DNA of 64,000 nt from a virus. Every line of letters begins with the position of its first letter. Position 1 is the first letter of the stretch. The notes beneath the pieces were generated by a model that had not been told where the DNA came from, made no database searches, and saw nothing but the letters and a program-made list of their open reading frames with translations. The position numbers and the translations under genes were made by a program. Positions 1-9,471 of this stretch are shown here, piece after piece. The DNA is taken from positions 64,001 through 128,000 of IMG/VR virus record IMGVR_UViG_3300032308_002092; one strand, given 5' to 3'.

Positions 1-540
1 CGGCTGAGACCAATAAACAAAAACCCACTAATCCCAGACCACCTACGATTAAAACAGTTACAGGATGAACATTGAGAATGCATCCGTCAATAAAGTTATG
101 GACAGTACAGCCTACGTTTTCCATACACCCACCTCTGATGTGATTCTAATCTTGCTCATTTCTTTTTTCTTCCTATCTAGTTCTTCAATTTTTCTTTCCA
201 GAAATTTAACTTTACGCCTGGGCTCGATAACGCCGGTAATCAGTAGCACGATTGTTAGTGTTCTAATTCATCGACCTCCCCTTGTTTCACCGCACGCCGG
301 TAGCCTGGTGCCTATCACCCGCCACTCTCCCTGACCATCCGCCCAATTACCAGCGTAAAACTCTTCTATTGAGACGTAGTAGTCCAACCAGACCCACCAC
401 CCAGCGACTCGGGTTGGGAGGTAGGCGAACCGCTCAACCTCTCGCACACCCCTATTCTCGTACTGCTTAGCGGCCTTCCATTTCATTTCCTAAACACCTT
501 TCTAGTTTCTGTAAAATCAATAGGGCCAACATACCCACTC

Positions 541-1634
541 CTATTTGTGGAATTTCTCAACGACGCTGCGTATCAGCAGCTCTCTCGTTTTACGTGGTAG
601 ATTTTGTACAAACAGTATCTCTATCGCGTAGTTGATCAACTCTTTCTCACAGCCTTTAACCCTGCTGCGGGTTCTAGTCATCTTGGTTGTCTTAGGGTCA
701 CCTAGAACATCCAGTAGTTGGTTGGTCATCACGTGTGCTATTAGCTCTATGGTAAGAGAGTAGTCGATTTGGGAAGGAGCATTTATCCCAGGGTGGGAGC
801 ATCGTATACAGTTTGTTATCAAGTCATTTAGCATCTCGTACTCAAACTCTTGTATCGGCTGTATTGCTATGTTTTGATGTGGTGCGTTGTAGGTTCTTTT
901 GCTCGCACCTAGCTTAAACACCTTGATGTGTGGGTGGTGGGTATTGTTGCTGTTGAGTGCAGAGATGATTCTGTCGTAGTGGTTCATACTAACTCCATCG
1001 AGTAGATAGGTTCTTTGTCGTTGGCTCTAGCTTTGAGTACCTTGAGCCAAACTATAGATTCTGAGTTGCCCCTTAGCGCTTCCTCGACGTGATCTCTGAA
1101 GTCTTCCACGAAGTCAATCGCCCTTATGTCTTGATTAATGATCCAACTTTGGCAAATGCCCATGACTTCACTCTTTACGCGGTCGCTTCTTCTAGCGCGT
1201 ATCTTCCTATCGCTGAAGATTCCAGCTATATTCTTAAGGTGATTACTCTCTTTGTTGGTGTAGACTTCTTTGCACATCAGGTGCCTGGCGTGTCTCTGAA
1301 TCGCATCTTGGTCTGTTACCAAGCGGATCCTAAAACTAAGGGTATCTACACTCAGCTTGCCGGTAGTGAGATCGAGCCTTATCTCGCTCGGCGTATCTAC
1401 GAACTCCACTTCCGCGTGGGTTAAGTGGGTTCTGCGTATCTTCTTTGCCAAGAGGTCCTTGGCATCGAGCACGTAGTCCCACCCGCCAAAAACCATATCC
1501 TTGGTCTCTAGCGTAACAACTTCTAGGTCGCCTAAAACCTCTAGCGTATGTCTGTTAGGGATGTAGGGTAGGATTCGCTTGGATATCTCATCCATCTCTT
1601 CGTAAACTGGATCGCGCCAAAGTGATCTGGTCAT
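541..1634 (-). CDS. Two hypothetical phage proteins (984..1634, 216 aa; 541..987, 148 aa)
   Basis: ATGA-coupled ORFs; AAGGAGG SD upstream of 1634; no recognisable motif. Confidence 0.7.
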
Positions 1635-1679
1635 AACAACCTCCTTGGTATTTTTATATATTCGGGAATCAAAACAGAG

Positions 1680-3086
1680 TTACTTGCCTGGGATCTTTAC
1701 TGTTTTAGACCAGGTGCGTTCTACGAACGGATGTTTTTCAGTACCGTCCTTCTCGATAACCCAAAGCACTTCTGGGAATCTTTGGTTTGGTCTTAGCCAG
1801 CTTTCTACACCTACGTCGCTGAAGTGTCCGTCAGTAAAAACTAGTGTCAAATCCGGGCTAGTCTTCAACACGTTCTTGAGTGTGTCTTCTAAGTCTGTGC
1901 CGCCCATCTTAACGTTGTTTCGTATGGTCTCTTGCCCTACTCGATCGCCCATCTTGTACGGTTGACTGTGGTACTCTTTATCAGAGAAGAGGTGTAGCGA
2001 GCACTTACGCGCGCCTGCTTTTAGGAACTCATCTACCACTTGTAGGAAGTTATTGAGCGTCTCTACGCTGATACTGCCGCTCGTATCGCACACTATGCGC
2101 AGCTTCGGCAACGGACCTTCCTTACTACCAGGGATCAGGTTTGGAAACCGCCTGCTCTTCCTAGTCCACGAATACCTACGGTCCTGCCCAGAAGCAGATT
2201 TCTTGATCGCAGCAAGTATGAGGGCTTTGTAGTTTAGTTCTGCTCGCCTAGACTTGATCTCTTCTAGCAGCTTGCTGACCATAGCGGGTAGTCTGTCATG
2301 ACCAGTAGATGACTTGATCATGGCTCGCTTCACCAGATCTTCCATGGCATCCAGCATCTCGTCTTCTTCTGCGTTGGCTTCCCAGCCGTGGCTGTCGAAC
2401 TCTTTTGGTATGCCCTTACCTTTACCCTTACCTTTGCTTTGGCCATCCCCATCACCATCTTCGCCGTCTTCGCCATCTTCTGGCTCTTTGTAGCGATCTT
2501 TTAGGCGTAGGAAGTACTGCTCCATGGTCTCGTTCTCTGGCCAAGGTGTCTTTTTGCCTTTGTCGTCTTCGTCGTGGAAGTTCTTGGCCAGCATGGCGTG
2601 ACCGGGACATAGTTCGTTTTGGCAAGCAGCGCCTTGCTGTAATTCTTCTATTGGCGGGCATTCCTTGCAGCCAGCCGGTAAGTCTCTGATGTAGTTGTTT
2701 ATTGCGAGATCTGCAGCGATATTTAGCAACTTACGGTTGTGGTTAGATATCTTGAAGAACGGCACACGTGTCAAATGTTTGTGCACTAAGTGAAACAACT
2801 CATGAAGTAGAACAGCTCTTCTATTTTCTTGACTTAGTTTCTTCACAAAAAACATAGGGTTAATGAGAAGCATATACTTCTTCTGATCAGCGCTAAAAGT
2901 AACACCAGCTGTATCTAGTTGAAAACTATAGGTAATGTCCATGCTTTGTAGCATAGAGCAATAGAAGGTGTTGTCCTTATAAATTTCATACAAAGCAGTC
3001 GCCAAAGCCTGAGAGCGTTCAGCCTCAGTTGTCGTGTCTTTAGCGGCTTTATCTGTAGATTTAAAAATAGTAGCAGGTGCGTTCAT
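1680..3086 (-). CDS. vWA domain protein with N-terminal HExxH putative metallopeptidase (DUF2201-like), partner of MoxR-type ATPase
   Basis: LLHELFH motif; MIDAS DTSGS, GGTD and FTDG motifs; acidic Gly linker; AAGGAGG SD. Confidence 0.85.
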   Translation of the reverse strand: MNAPATIFKSTDKAAKDTTTEAERSQALATALYEIYKDNTFYCSMLQSMDITYSFQLDTAGVTFSADQKKYMLLINPMFFVKKLSQENRRAVLLHELFHLVHKHLTRVPFFKISNHNRKLLNIAADLAINNYIRDLPAGCKECPPIEELQQGAACQNELCPGHAMLAKNFHDEDDKGKKTPWPENETMEQYFLRLKDRYKEPEDGEDGEDGDGDGQSKGKGKGKGIPKEFDSHGWEANAEEDEMLDAMEDLVKRAMIKSSTGHDRLPAMVSKLLEEIKSRRAELNYKALILAAIKKSASGQDRRYSWTRKSRRFPNLIPGSKEGPLPKLRIVCDTSGSISVETLNNFLQVVDEFLKAGARKCSLHLFSDKEYHSQPYKMGDRVGQETIRNNVKMGGTDLEDTLKNVLKTSPDLTLVFTDGHFSDVGVESWLRPNQRFPEVLWVIEKDGTEKHPFVERTWSKTVKIPGK

Positions 3087-3142
3087 GCTATCCTCCTTGT
3101 TGTTTATATTAGGATCGGGATATTACCTTGGACCGGTAGGGA

Positions 3143-3881
3143 CTATTGTCTTTCCCAAGGCTTTTCTGTCATGCACTCTGCGTGCCTAGGTGTGTCGCCA
3201 AATAACGCTCTGCAGAACGCAAAGGAGTGTTCGTACGTAGCTCGCACTCTACCTAGGTAGTATGAAGCAACTATGAGCATTATCAGTATAGATATGACGA
3301 ATATCATGTCTTTGTCGCTTCTTCGACTATCTATCACTCTGTTGCTCATAGGAACGTCCTCTTGAGCATGGCAGTCACATCCATGCCTTTCTCTCTACTA
3401 GCGGCTTCAGCAGCAGCCTTAAAGCGGTTCAGCAGTATGGCGGCAACTGCAACTGGGTCTGAGCCGTCTTGTATGGCGTTGGTTACCATTATATCGATGC
3501 TGTCGCTGAATAGCTTTAATCTAAGCGTCTCTGGATCCCGCTTGATCTTCTCCATGCCTAGATCTATTACGTCGGACATGTTTCTTCCTTGTCCTTTTCT
3601 GACCTTCTATAGGATCGGGATGGGGTCATTGCGAGCTTCTTCTCGTACCAAGTGGGAGGCGTTGGTGGTCTTTCTTGTGCGACTTTAGCGTGGGGCTCTA
3701 GGGGTGTTTCGTCGAACTTTTGGGGAAAGAGGGTCTTTTCTATGGCGTCCTCTTGGGCCTCTAACTGCTTCTCTTCTTGCTTCTTCTGTTTCGGAGTCTT
3801 TCGGTTAGATTTAATTTCCTTGTCTTTATCGTGTCTTCCGCGTTGCCTATGCCCAACTGGTATCCTGGGACCTGCGACCAT
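3143..3881 (-). CDS. Three small hypothetical proteins (3143..3349 with TM segment; 3346..3579; 3567..3881)
   Basis: Overlapping, co-oriented ORFs. Confidence 0.55.
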
Positions 3882-3950
3882 CCAGCACCCCTTATAGTAG
3901 TTACGCTTTAAATGTAACTACTATCATTATAATACGTGATGCTTGTAGGT

Positions 3951-4793
3951 CTATTTGGAGAGATCTTCTATTATTTTAGCGAGTAAGCTAGGATCTCTGT
4001 CTGAGATCCACCTAAGGTTCTTCCATGAGAAGAAATTATAGTAGTTCTGGCCTATCCCCGGGGTAGCCTGGTGCTCCAGCGGGGACGAGTGGGCTGGCTT
4101 AGAGGAAGTCAGCTGGGTAAATATGCGAATGTCGTTCGCTAGATCAGAGGAACCACCCTCTACGCGATCGTAGCTTACTCGGGCACATCTCGCTGCAGAT
4201 CGAATCAAGTTTGCGCCTAGGTCAGAGTTAGAGCGCTCCTCATCGGTGACGAAAGGTAAGTGCCACTCGTCCTCGCTCAGAGGCTTAGCGACACTGCTAC
4301 GTAGCGCCTCCTTCATGCACCTAGCCAGCTCTCTGATCTCTGGTTGGGCATCTGGGTGATCTCGTAGTCCGAAGAAGTTCTCGTAGGAGGTTCCGGTGCA
4401 GATAACCTTGATGTTGAGGTACGGTTCTAGTACGCGGTTAGAAATTTGTTTGTGCACCATCATGGAGCTCAGCATCTTGGCCGACTCCACGGCTCTATCT
4501 CTAGCTATAAGCCATACTATCTTCGCGTAGTGGATCTGGTCTTCGGTGAGTTCTTCGTTGGCCTGCATACCCTTCTGGTTCTTACCCCAGTGAACTGGCA
4601 TAGCTGGGTCGTCCATGACTTTTTGTATCATCTTCTCGATGGGTATGGCACGAGACGAGGCAGCGTTCCTGGAGAATACGCGGTGCGTCATAAATTCGGC
4701 ATGGATAAACCGCGGATATTCAAGAACAAACGTGGTGACTCTCTCGTTGAGGTCGTTTACAGAATCCTCTATTACGTTAGCGCTTATCGTCAT
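3951..4793 (-). CDS. thyX: FAD-dependent thymidylate synthase
   Basis: IHAEFMTHRVFSRNAASSRAIP, HKQISNR, AQPEI, ARCARVSY and HSSPLEHQA motifs; start moved to ATG 4793 behind GGAG. Confidence 0.9.
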   Translation of the reverse strand: MTISANVIEDSVNDLNERVTTFVLEYPRFIHAEFMTHRVFSRNAASSRAIPIEKMIQKVMDDPAMPVHWGKNQKGMQANEELTEDQIHYAKIVWLIARDRAVESAKMLSSMMVHKQISNRVLEPYLNIKVICTGTSYENFFGLRDHPDAQPEIRELARCMKEALRSSVAKPLSEDEWHLPFVTDEERSNSDLGANLIRSAARCARVSYDRVEGGSSDLANDIRIFTQLTSSKPAHSSPLEHQATPGIGQNYYNFFSWKNLRWISDRDPSLLAKIIEDLSK

Positions 4794-5073
4794 TGAATGC
4801 TCCATCATTGAAAGTGTCTCTGAGTCTGTCGAACGCGTGTGCCTTAAGGATGGTAATGGGGTCTGCACCTAGCACTGACAGTAGTTCGTCGATGGCTTTG
4901 TGCTCGTCACCGGGACTGTAGTCGGCAGAGTCTACCCACTCTATGTCATGCATAACATTTGCGAGTGCGTCGATAACTTTCTGCACGGCCAACCTGCGCA
5001 CATCTCTATCTCTGTTCTCGATAGCTAGGTCTTGCAGCTTGTGATAGAAGTAATCGTATGCTCCGCCGCTCAT
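4777..5073 (-). CDS. Hypothetical phage protein (MSGG.YDY...HDIEW..S.DY type)
   Basis: Clean 98-aa ORF in operon. Confidence 0.7.
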   Translation of the reverse strand: MSGGAYDYFYHKLQDLAIENRDRDVRRLAVQKVIDALANVMHDIEWVDSADYSPGDEHKAIDELLSVLGADPITILKAHAFDRLRDTFNDGAFNDDKR

Positions 5074-5079
5074 AGTCGC

Positions 5080-5382
5080 TTACTCCTTGTACTCTTTGAT
5101 CTTGGCCTTAATCTCTTCTACGGCTTCTTCAGCATCCTTCAGGGAGTCCTTGACATCTACGTCATCAGGGTACTTGCGTGCTTGTTGGCGCCAGAAGATG
5201 AGCTCTTCCTGCGCTGCGCGTAGCTGGGCCTTAAGCTCGTTTAGCGAGACCCTCTTCTCTAGAGCGTCGACTTGCGCCGCCTTAGCGTACCTGCTATCCA
5301 CCCAAGTGATTCCGCCAAACACAGTACCTGCCACTGCTACAATCGCAGTGAATAGCGTTAAGTATCCTTTTGCCTTGTCCAT
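5080..5382 (-). CDS. Membrane-anchored coiled-coil protein
   Basis: N-terminal hydrophobic helix followed by heptad-rich region; AAGGAG SD. Confidence 0.65.
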   Translation of the reverse strand: MDKAKGYLTLFTAIVAVAGTVFGGITWVDSRYAKAAQVDALEKRVSLNELKAQLRAAQEELIFWRQQARKYPDDVDVKDSLKDAEEAVEEIKAKIKEYKE

Positions 5383-5398
5383 AACGTATCTCCTTTAG

Positions 5399-5722
5399 TT
5401 AAAATTCTGAAGGCGTACCAACTGCGGTGCCGATACCATCGCCTTCGTCTTCGTTAAAAGTGTTGTCGCCATCGCCGTTCTCGTAGCCGTACATACTTCC
5501 AAAACCTTCTCCGTCGCCATCAGTAGAGCCAGTTAAGGGTCGTTTTGGAGATAATCTGATGATTGGGGAATCGTACTGATGGCCGCTACCCAACCCACCG
5601 CCAAAGACATACCCATATCGCTCTCCGTAGCCAGCGCCGTTGCCGTCTTGTGGGTATCCGTACTGACGATACCCATACCCGTTTATGGGTAGCACCTTCT
5701 CATTATCTTCGGTTTTACTCAT
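5399..5722 (-). CDS. Gly/Asp-rich small protein family member 1
   Basis: LPINGYG ... PSEF; start uncertain. Confidence 0.75.
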   Translation of the reverse strand: MSKTEDNEKVLPINGYGYRQYGYPQDGNGAGYGERYGYVFGGGLGSGHQYDSPIIRLSPKRPLTGSTDGDGEGFGSMYGYENGDGDNTFNEDEGDGIGTAVGTPSEF

Positions 5723-5736
5723 ATATTTATACTCAC

Positions 5737-6003
5737 TCACCAATCCGATGGGTTAAAATCGTCTCCATCGCCGCCACCATCCCCATCACCATCACCGCCG
5801 TCTCCGTCACCGAAGCCGTTTCCAAACGGATTGCCGTGCCCGTAGCCACAGTCATCGAAGCCGCGATTGCCATGGCCACAACCGTCACCACTCATGCTTC
5901 CATAGTCGTGGCCATAGCCGCAGCCAATGCCGTCACCCCCTATGTTTCCATAGGCTCCATCACCATAGCCATCTATATCGAACTCTTCCGTTAATACTTC
6001 CAT
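5737..6003 (-). CDS. Gly/Asp-rich family member 2
   Basis: FDIDGYG ... PSDW. Confidence 0.85.
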   Translation of the reverse strand: MEVLTEEFDIDGYGDGAYGNIGGDGIGCGYGHDYGSMSGDGCGHGNRGFDDCGYGHGNPFGNGFGDGDGGDGDGDGGGDGDDFNPSDW

Positions 6004-6006
6004 TAC

Positions 6007-6231
6007 TCACCACTCTGATGGCGGTATTTCTTCATCGCCGATACCGAAGCCATCTCCGTCGAATAGTCCATATACATCGCTACCGCTACCGTCCCCACCA
6101 CCAATGACATCCCCATATCGCGCTCCGTACCCATCGCCGTCGCCACGGCCATGGCCTGTACCGCCGCCGCGTTTATTGGTGTAAGGGTCTGCGTAACCGT
6201 AACCAATGCCATCTATCTCCAACTTATCCAT
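6007..6231 (-). CDS. Gly/Asp-rich family member 3
   Basis: LEIDGIG ... PSEW. Confidence 0.85.
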   Translation of the reverse strand: MDKLEIDGIGYGYADPYTNKRGGGTGHGRGDGDGYGARYGDVIGGGDGSGSDVYGLFDGDGFGIGDEEIPPSEW

Positions 6232-6237
6232 GTCACC

Positions 6238-6483
6238 TCACCAGTCCGATGGAGAGTAACCGTTGCCATCGCTATAACCATGCCCATCGCCGTCGCTTTC
6301 TCCGATATCGCCCCATCCTTCTCCGTCGCCGTTGCTATAACCGCATCCGTAGCCGTTGCCGTAACCTTCATCGTCAAAGGCGTCATACCATTCATGGTTG
6401 AGTTCTCCGTAACCGATGCCGTCGCCGTATGCGCCACTATCGCCATGGCCAAAACCGTCTATTGCCAACAGATATACTTCCAT
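6238..6483 (-). CDS. Gly/Asp-rich family member 4
   Basis: LAIDGFG ... PSDW. Confidence 0.85.
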   Translation of the reverse strand: MEVYLLAIDGFGHGDSGAYGDGIGYGELNHEWYDAFDDEGYGNGYGCGYSNGDGEGWGDIGESDGDGHGYSDGNGYSPSDW

Positions 6484-6487
6484 CTAC

Positions 6488-6733
6488 TTACCGCTCCGAG
6501 GGGTTGGTATTGAAATGGAGGTTACTGGCTGCGCCTTGGTAGCCGTATTCTTTATCGTACCCTCCGCCATCTAGCGCATGCTTCCAGTACGCGTCATCGT
6601 GGTAAGGGTGGCCACAACCGTCGCCATTGGATGCGAGAATATATCCTTCACCGTCTCCTCTGTTGTCACCGTTGTGCCAGCCATCGACTCCATCACCGTA
6701 CCCATCTATTTTTATCTCGTCTATTGTGGTCAT
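6488..6733 (-). CDS. Gly/Asp-rich family member 5
   Basis: IKIDGYG ... PSER. Confidence 0.85.
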   Translation of the reverse strand: MTTIDEIKIDGYGDGVDGWHNGDNRGDGEGYILASNGDGCGHPYHDDAYWKHALDGGGYDKEYGYQGAASNLHFNTNPSER

Positions 6734-6737
6734 CTGC

Positions 6738-6977
6738 TCACCGGTCTGAGGGGTTTAAGTGGGTGTGGTCTTCATCGTCTTCTATCCCCACACCATCGCA
6801 CCAACCTCCGTAGCTATCTCCATATCCCAAACTGTAGCCGGCATGAATCCGTATGCCGCAGCCGTGGCCGTCGCCATTAAAATCACCACCTTCTCTACAC
6901 GTGCCAAAGCCTTCGCCATTCAAGCGGTTATCTTCCGTACCCCAACCATTTATGTCTATCTTCTCTGCTACGATCAT
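6738..6977 (-). CDS. Gly/Asp-rich family member 6
   Basis: IDINGWG ... PSDR. Confidence 0.85.
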   Translation of the reverse strand: MIVAEKIDINGWGTEDNRLNGEGFGTCREGGDFNGDGHGCGIRIHAGYSLGYGDSYGGWCDGVGIEDDEDHTHLNPSDR

Positions 6978-6980
6978 TGC

Positions 6981-7199
6981 TCACCAGTCCGACGGGTCGT
7001 TAAGGAAGTAGTCTATCTCGCCAGAAGGCTCCAAATGACCGCTGTCTTGGCTGCCATCTTTGTACATAAAGTAGTAACCGAAGCCATCTCCGTTGAATAG
7101 TCCGTATATATCGCCGTAGCCAACGCCGTCGCCCACTTCGATCGTAGAAGACCAGCCGTCACCATAGCCATCTATTTCTAGGGTGTGCGTAGTTACCAA
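6981..7199 (-). CDS. Gly/Asp-rich family member 7
   Basis: LEIDGYG ... PSDW. Confidence 0.8.
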   Translation of the reverse strand: MVTTHTLEIDGYGDGWSSTIEVGDGVGYGDIYGLFNGDGFGYYFMYKDGSQDSGHLEPSGEIDYFLNDPSDW

Positions 7200-7462
7200 T
7201 CTGAGGGGTATCCTTCTGTTGAGCAGTAGCCTGTTATCTTTATAGGTGAACCGCTCCCGTCTCCAGTATGACTACCCCAACCATTAGAATAATCGTGGCC
7301 GCCACCATCGCCGTCGTCGTCTGTGTCAAAGTTAGTTGAGAACTGACCATAGTAGTGGCAGTACCCTTGTCCGTTGCCATTTTCAAACAACTTGTATCCG
7401 ATAAAGGATGCTGCGTCCTCTGATCCAATGCCAGTTATGGTTAGCGGTTCTGCCAACTCCAT
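7193..7462 (-). CDS. Gly/Asp-rich family member 8
   Basis: LTITGIG ... PSDW. Confidence 0.8.
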   Translation of the reverse strand: MELAEPLTITGIGSEDAASFIGYKLFENGNGQGYCHYYGQFSTNFDTDDDGDGGGHDYSNGWGSHTGDGSGSPIKITGYCSTEGYPSDW

Positions 7463-8277
7463 CTACTCAGCTTCCTGGTCCTTGGGTTGAGACTTCTTGG
7501 CGTGCTTGTTGCAAGTGTGTCTGATCCAGTAGCCTTCGTCTGGACCCACGTCCTCGCCAGTGCCGCACACTGAACATATGTTTCCAGTGATGATCTCGTA
7601 GGTGTCGGTTATACTGGTTATAACTTTGTCTACGTTGTCGCCATAGTCGTGCGTGTAGTAACACCGCAGTGTTCCAAACTTCTCTTTGATCTGAGAGAAC
7701 CTGATCCTGGGGAATAGCGAGACTAGTGTACCCACGTAGTTCTCGATTACTTGGTCCCAACCCTCAGGGGTCTCGATTGTCCTACCGCGTAGGTATTGAG
7801 AGAACTGCTCTGGGTACTTGTCGAATAGTTTTTTAGTAATGTCTTGGCTGCTCATTTTATCCTCACTCATACTCGTTGTGGAAACGGACTTCTTTGAGAA
7901 GAGGTCCCTGACCAAAGGCGTGGCCAAACTCGTCCACCTTGGTCACATTGATCGAGTCTGTATCCATGTGTTGCCAAACGACTACGTAAGCATGGAACGA
8001 CTCTGTCTGCGTAGGGTCTTGGAACAAGCCCAGGACCTTGTGCTTGCCATCAATCAGATAAGTCTTGCTTGCGTCGATTCTCTGTGATCTCTTTGATGAT
8101 GCGTACATTCTCTCTCCTTTTCTCGTCTTCGTTGATTATCTCTAACACTCTTTTGTTGTACTCTTCGGCCATAGACCTTATCTTTCGTATCCTATTTATA
8201 AGGTCTTCAGCTTCCTTATCCAAGGGAGATTTCCCTTTTGACTCTCGGTATGCCCTTAGGTCTATTACTTTAGTCAC
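7463..8277 (-). CDS. Three hypothetical proteins (7463..~7855 with QIKEKFGxLRxY and CxxC; 7863..8108; 8050..8277)
   Basis: Contiguous ORFs; QIKEKFG motif recalled as common in phage hypotheticals. Confidence 0.65.
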
Positions 8278-8939
8278 TTGCTTTCTTCTTTATCGATCTC
8301 TATGTTGGTCTTCTCTTTTAGGAATAGCCACTTAGAGATGTAGCTACTAGTTTCGACCGTGGATAGGTTGCGCAGCTCTTGGAGTTGCTTGATCTGGTTG
8401 CTACTTGCACCGGCGTTGTAGGCTACCAGAGCAAGGCTGGTTTGGCCATTGAAGATCTCGAGTAGGTGTCTGAATCTACAAGCGCCGATCAACAGGTTAA
8501 TCTCAGCTATATCGAGATCGCTTGGGTCTAGCTTTTCGATGCCGCAAGCTTTAGCGAACTCAGGGGCATACTGAGGCATGAGTTGTGTCAACCCGGTAGC
8601 ACCTACGTGTGACTTGGCTTTAGAGTCGAACTTAGACTCGATAGCGATAAGCGTCACGAACTGCTTCCTTGCTTCTTGGTTGTCGAAGATCTCCATAGCC
8701 ACAGATACGATCTGCCTAGCGATCACTTGCCGCCTAACGTCAGTCATCTGCGCGTTGACTATCTTCATCTGCATTAGAACGTAGTTGCCCAACTCCACAG
8801 AGTTAGCTTCTGCGCCAGGCTGTGGTGAAGCCTGAGGTTCATTTATTTCAACGACACCTTGCACTTTGTTGTTTGAGCAAGCCGTGCTCAAAAGTACTGC
8901 GGCTACAAACATGCCGACTTTAGATCTATAGTTCTTCAT
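8274..8939 (-). CDS. Lytic transglycosylase (SLT domain), probable lipoprotein
   Basis: IAIESKF (catalytic Glu), GATGLTQLMP, ALVAYNAG; LSTAC lipobox-like signal. Confidence 0.88.
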   Translation of the reverse strand: MKNYRSKVGMFVAAVLLSTACSNNKVQGVVEINEPQASPQPGAEANSVELGNYVLMQMKIVNAQMTDVRRQVIARQIVSVAMEIFDNQEARKQFVTLIAIESKFDSKAKSHVGATGLTQLMPQYAPEFAKACGIEKLDPSDLDIAEINLLIGACRFRHLLEIFNGQTSLALVAYNAGASSNQIKQLQELRNLSTVETSSYISKWLFLKEKTNIEIDKEESK

Positions 8940-8960
8940 ATACTCTCCTAGTAGTAACAT

Positions 8961-9455
8961 CTACTGTTTATTATCGGATCGGGATTTCCCGCCTAGATGT
9001 AGTAGCTGCCTTTCAATCATGTTTGTTTCCATCTTTTTATGGTCTAACGATAGGTTTCTAAGGTTGCGAATATCCACATACAAGATCTGCTTCTCGCCTA
9101 CGTTTGAGGGGTGTCCATACTTTATATGGACCGCTAAGTAAGTCTTTGTGCGTGGTATTTTTGTTATGAAGTTCATCTGGCCTATGGTTAAAGACCTGGT
9201 TCTGCGCTTGCCCTTTTTAGCCTTATCTATTTGATTAGATAGGTATTTAGTGAAACCACGATGCATTTCACATAACCACTCTTCAATCTTCACTGGGTCT
9301 TTGTGAAGAGATAGCGACAGCATGTCAAAAACAAAGTCTCGCATAACTACGTCTGTTGGTATTTCCTTGATGTCGTACTCTTTTAACCCAATGCTTACGT
9401 ACGAGAAACCCATGAACCTATGGATAGATTTTTCTATGTAGTTTGAGTTACTCAT
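8961..9455 (-). CDS. Hypothetical protein
   Basis: 164-aa ORF in operon. Confidence 0.6.
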   Translation of the reverse strand: MSNSNYIEKSIHRFMGFSYVSIGLKEYDIKEIPTDVVMRDFVFDMLSLSLHKDPVKIEEWLCEMHRGFTKYLSNQIDKAKKGKRRTRSLTIGQMNFITKIPRTKTYLAVHIKYGHPSNVGEKQILYVDIRNLRNLSLDHKKMETNMIERQLLHLGGKSRSDNKQ

Positions 9456-9471
9456 AGCTACACTCGCTTAG

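Noticed and set aside
4290-4301. GACACTGCTACG, inverse match to the 17-mer core
   Set aside because: Lies within thyX coding sequence in the opposite orientation; may be chance.
5080-5382. Holin call for the TM plus coiled-coil protein
   Set aside because: 40 kb from the lysozyme and no diagnostic feature.
5399-7462. Gly/Asp array as a CRISPR array or diversity-generating retroelement
   Set aside because: Conservation is at the protein level, there are no identical DNA repeats with spacers, and no cas gene, reverse transcriptase or template/variable repeat pair appears in the window.
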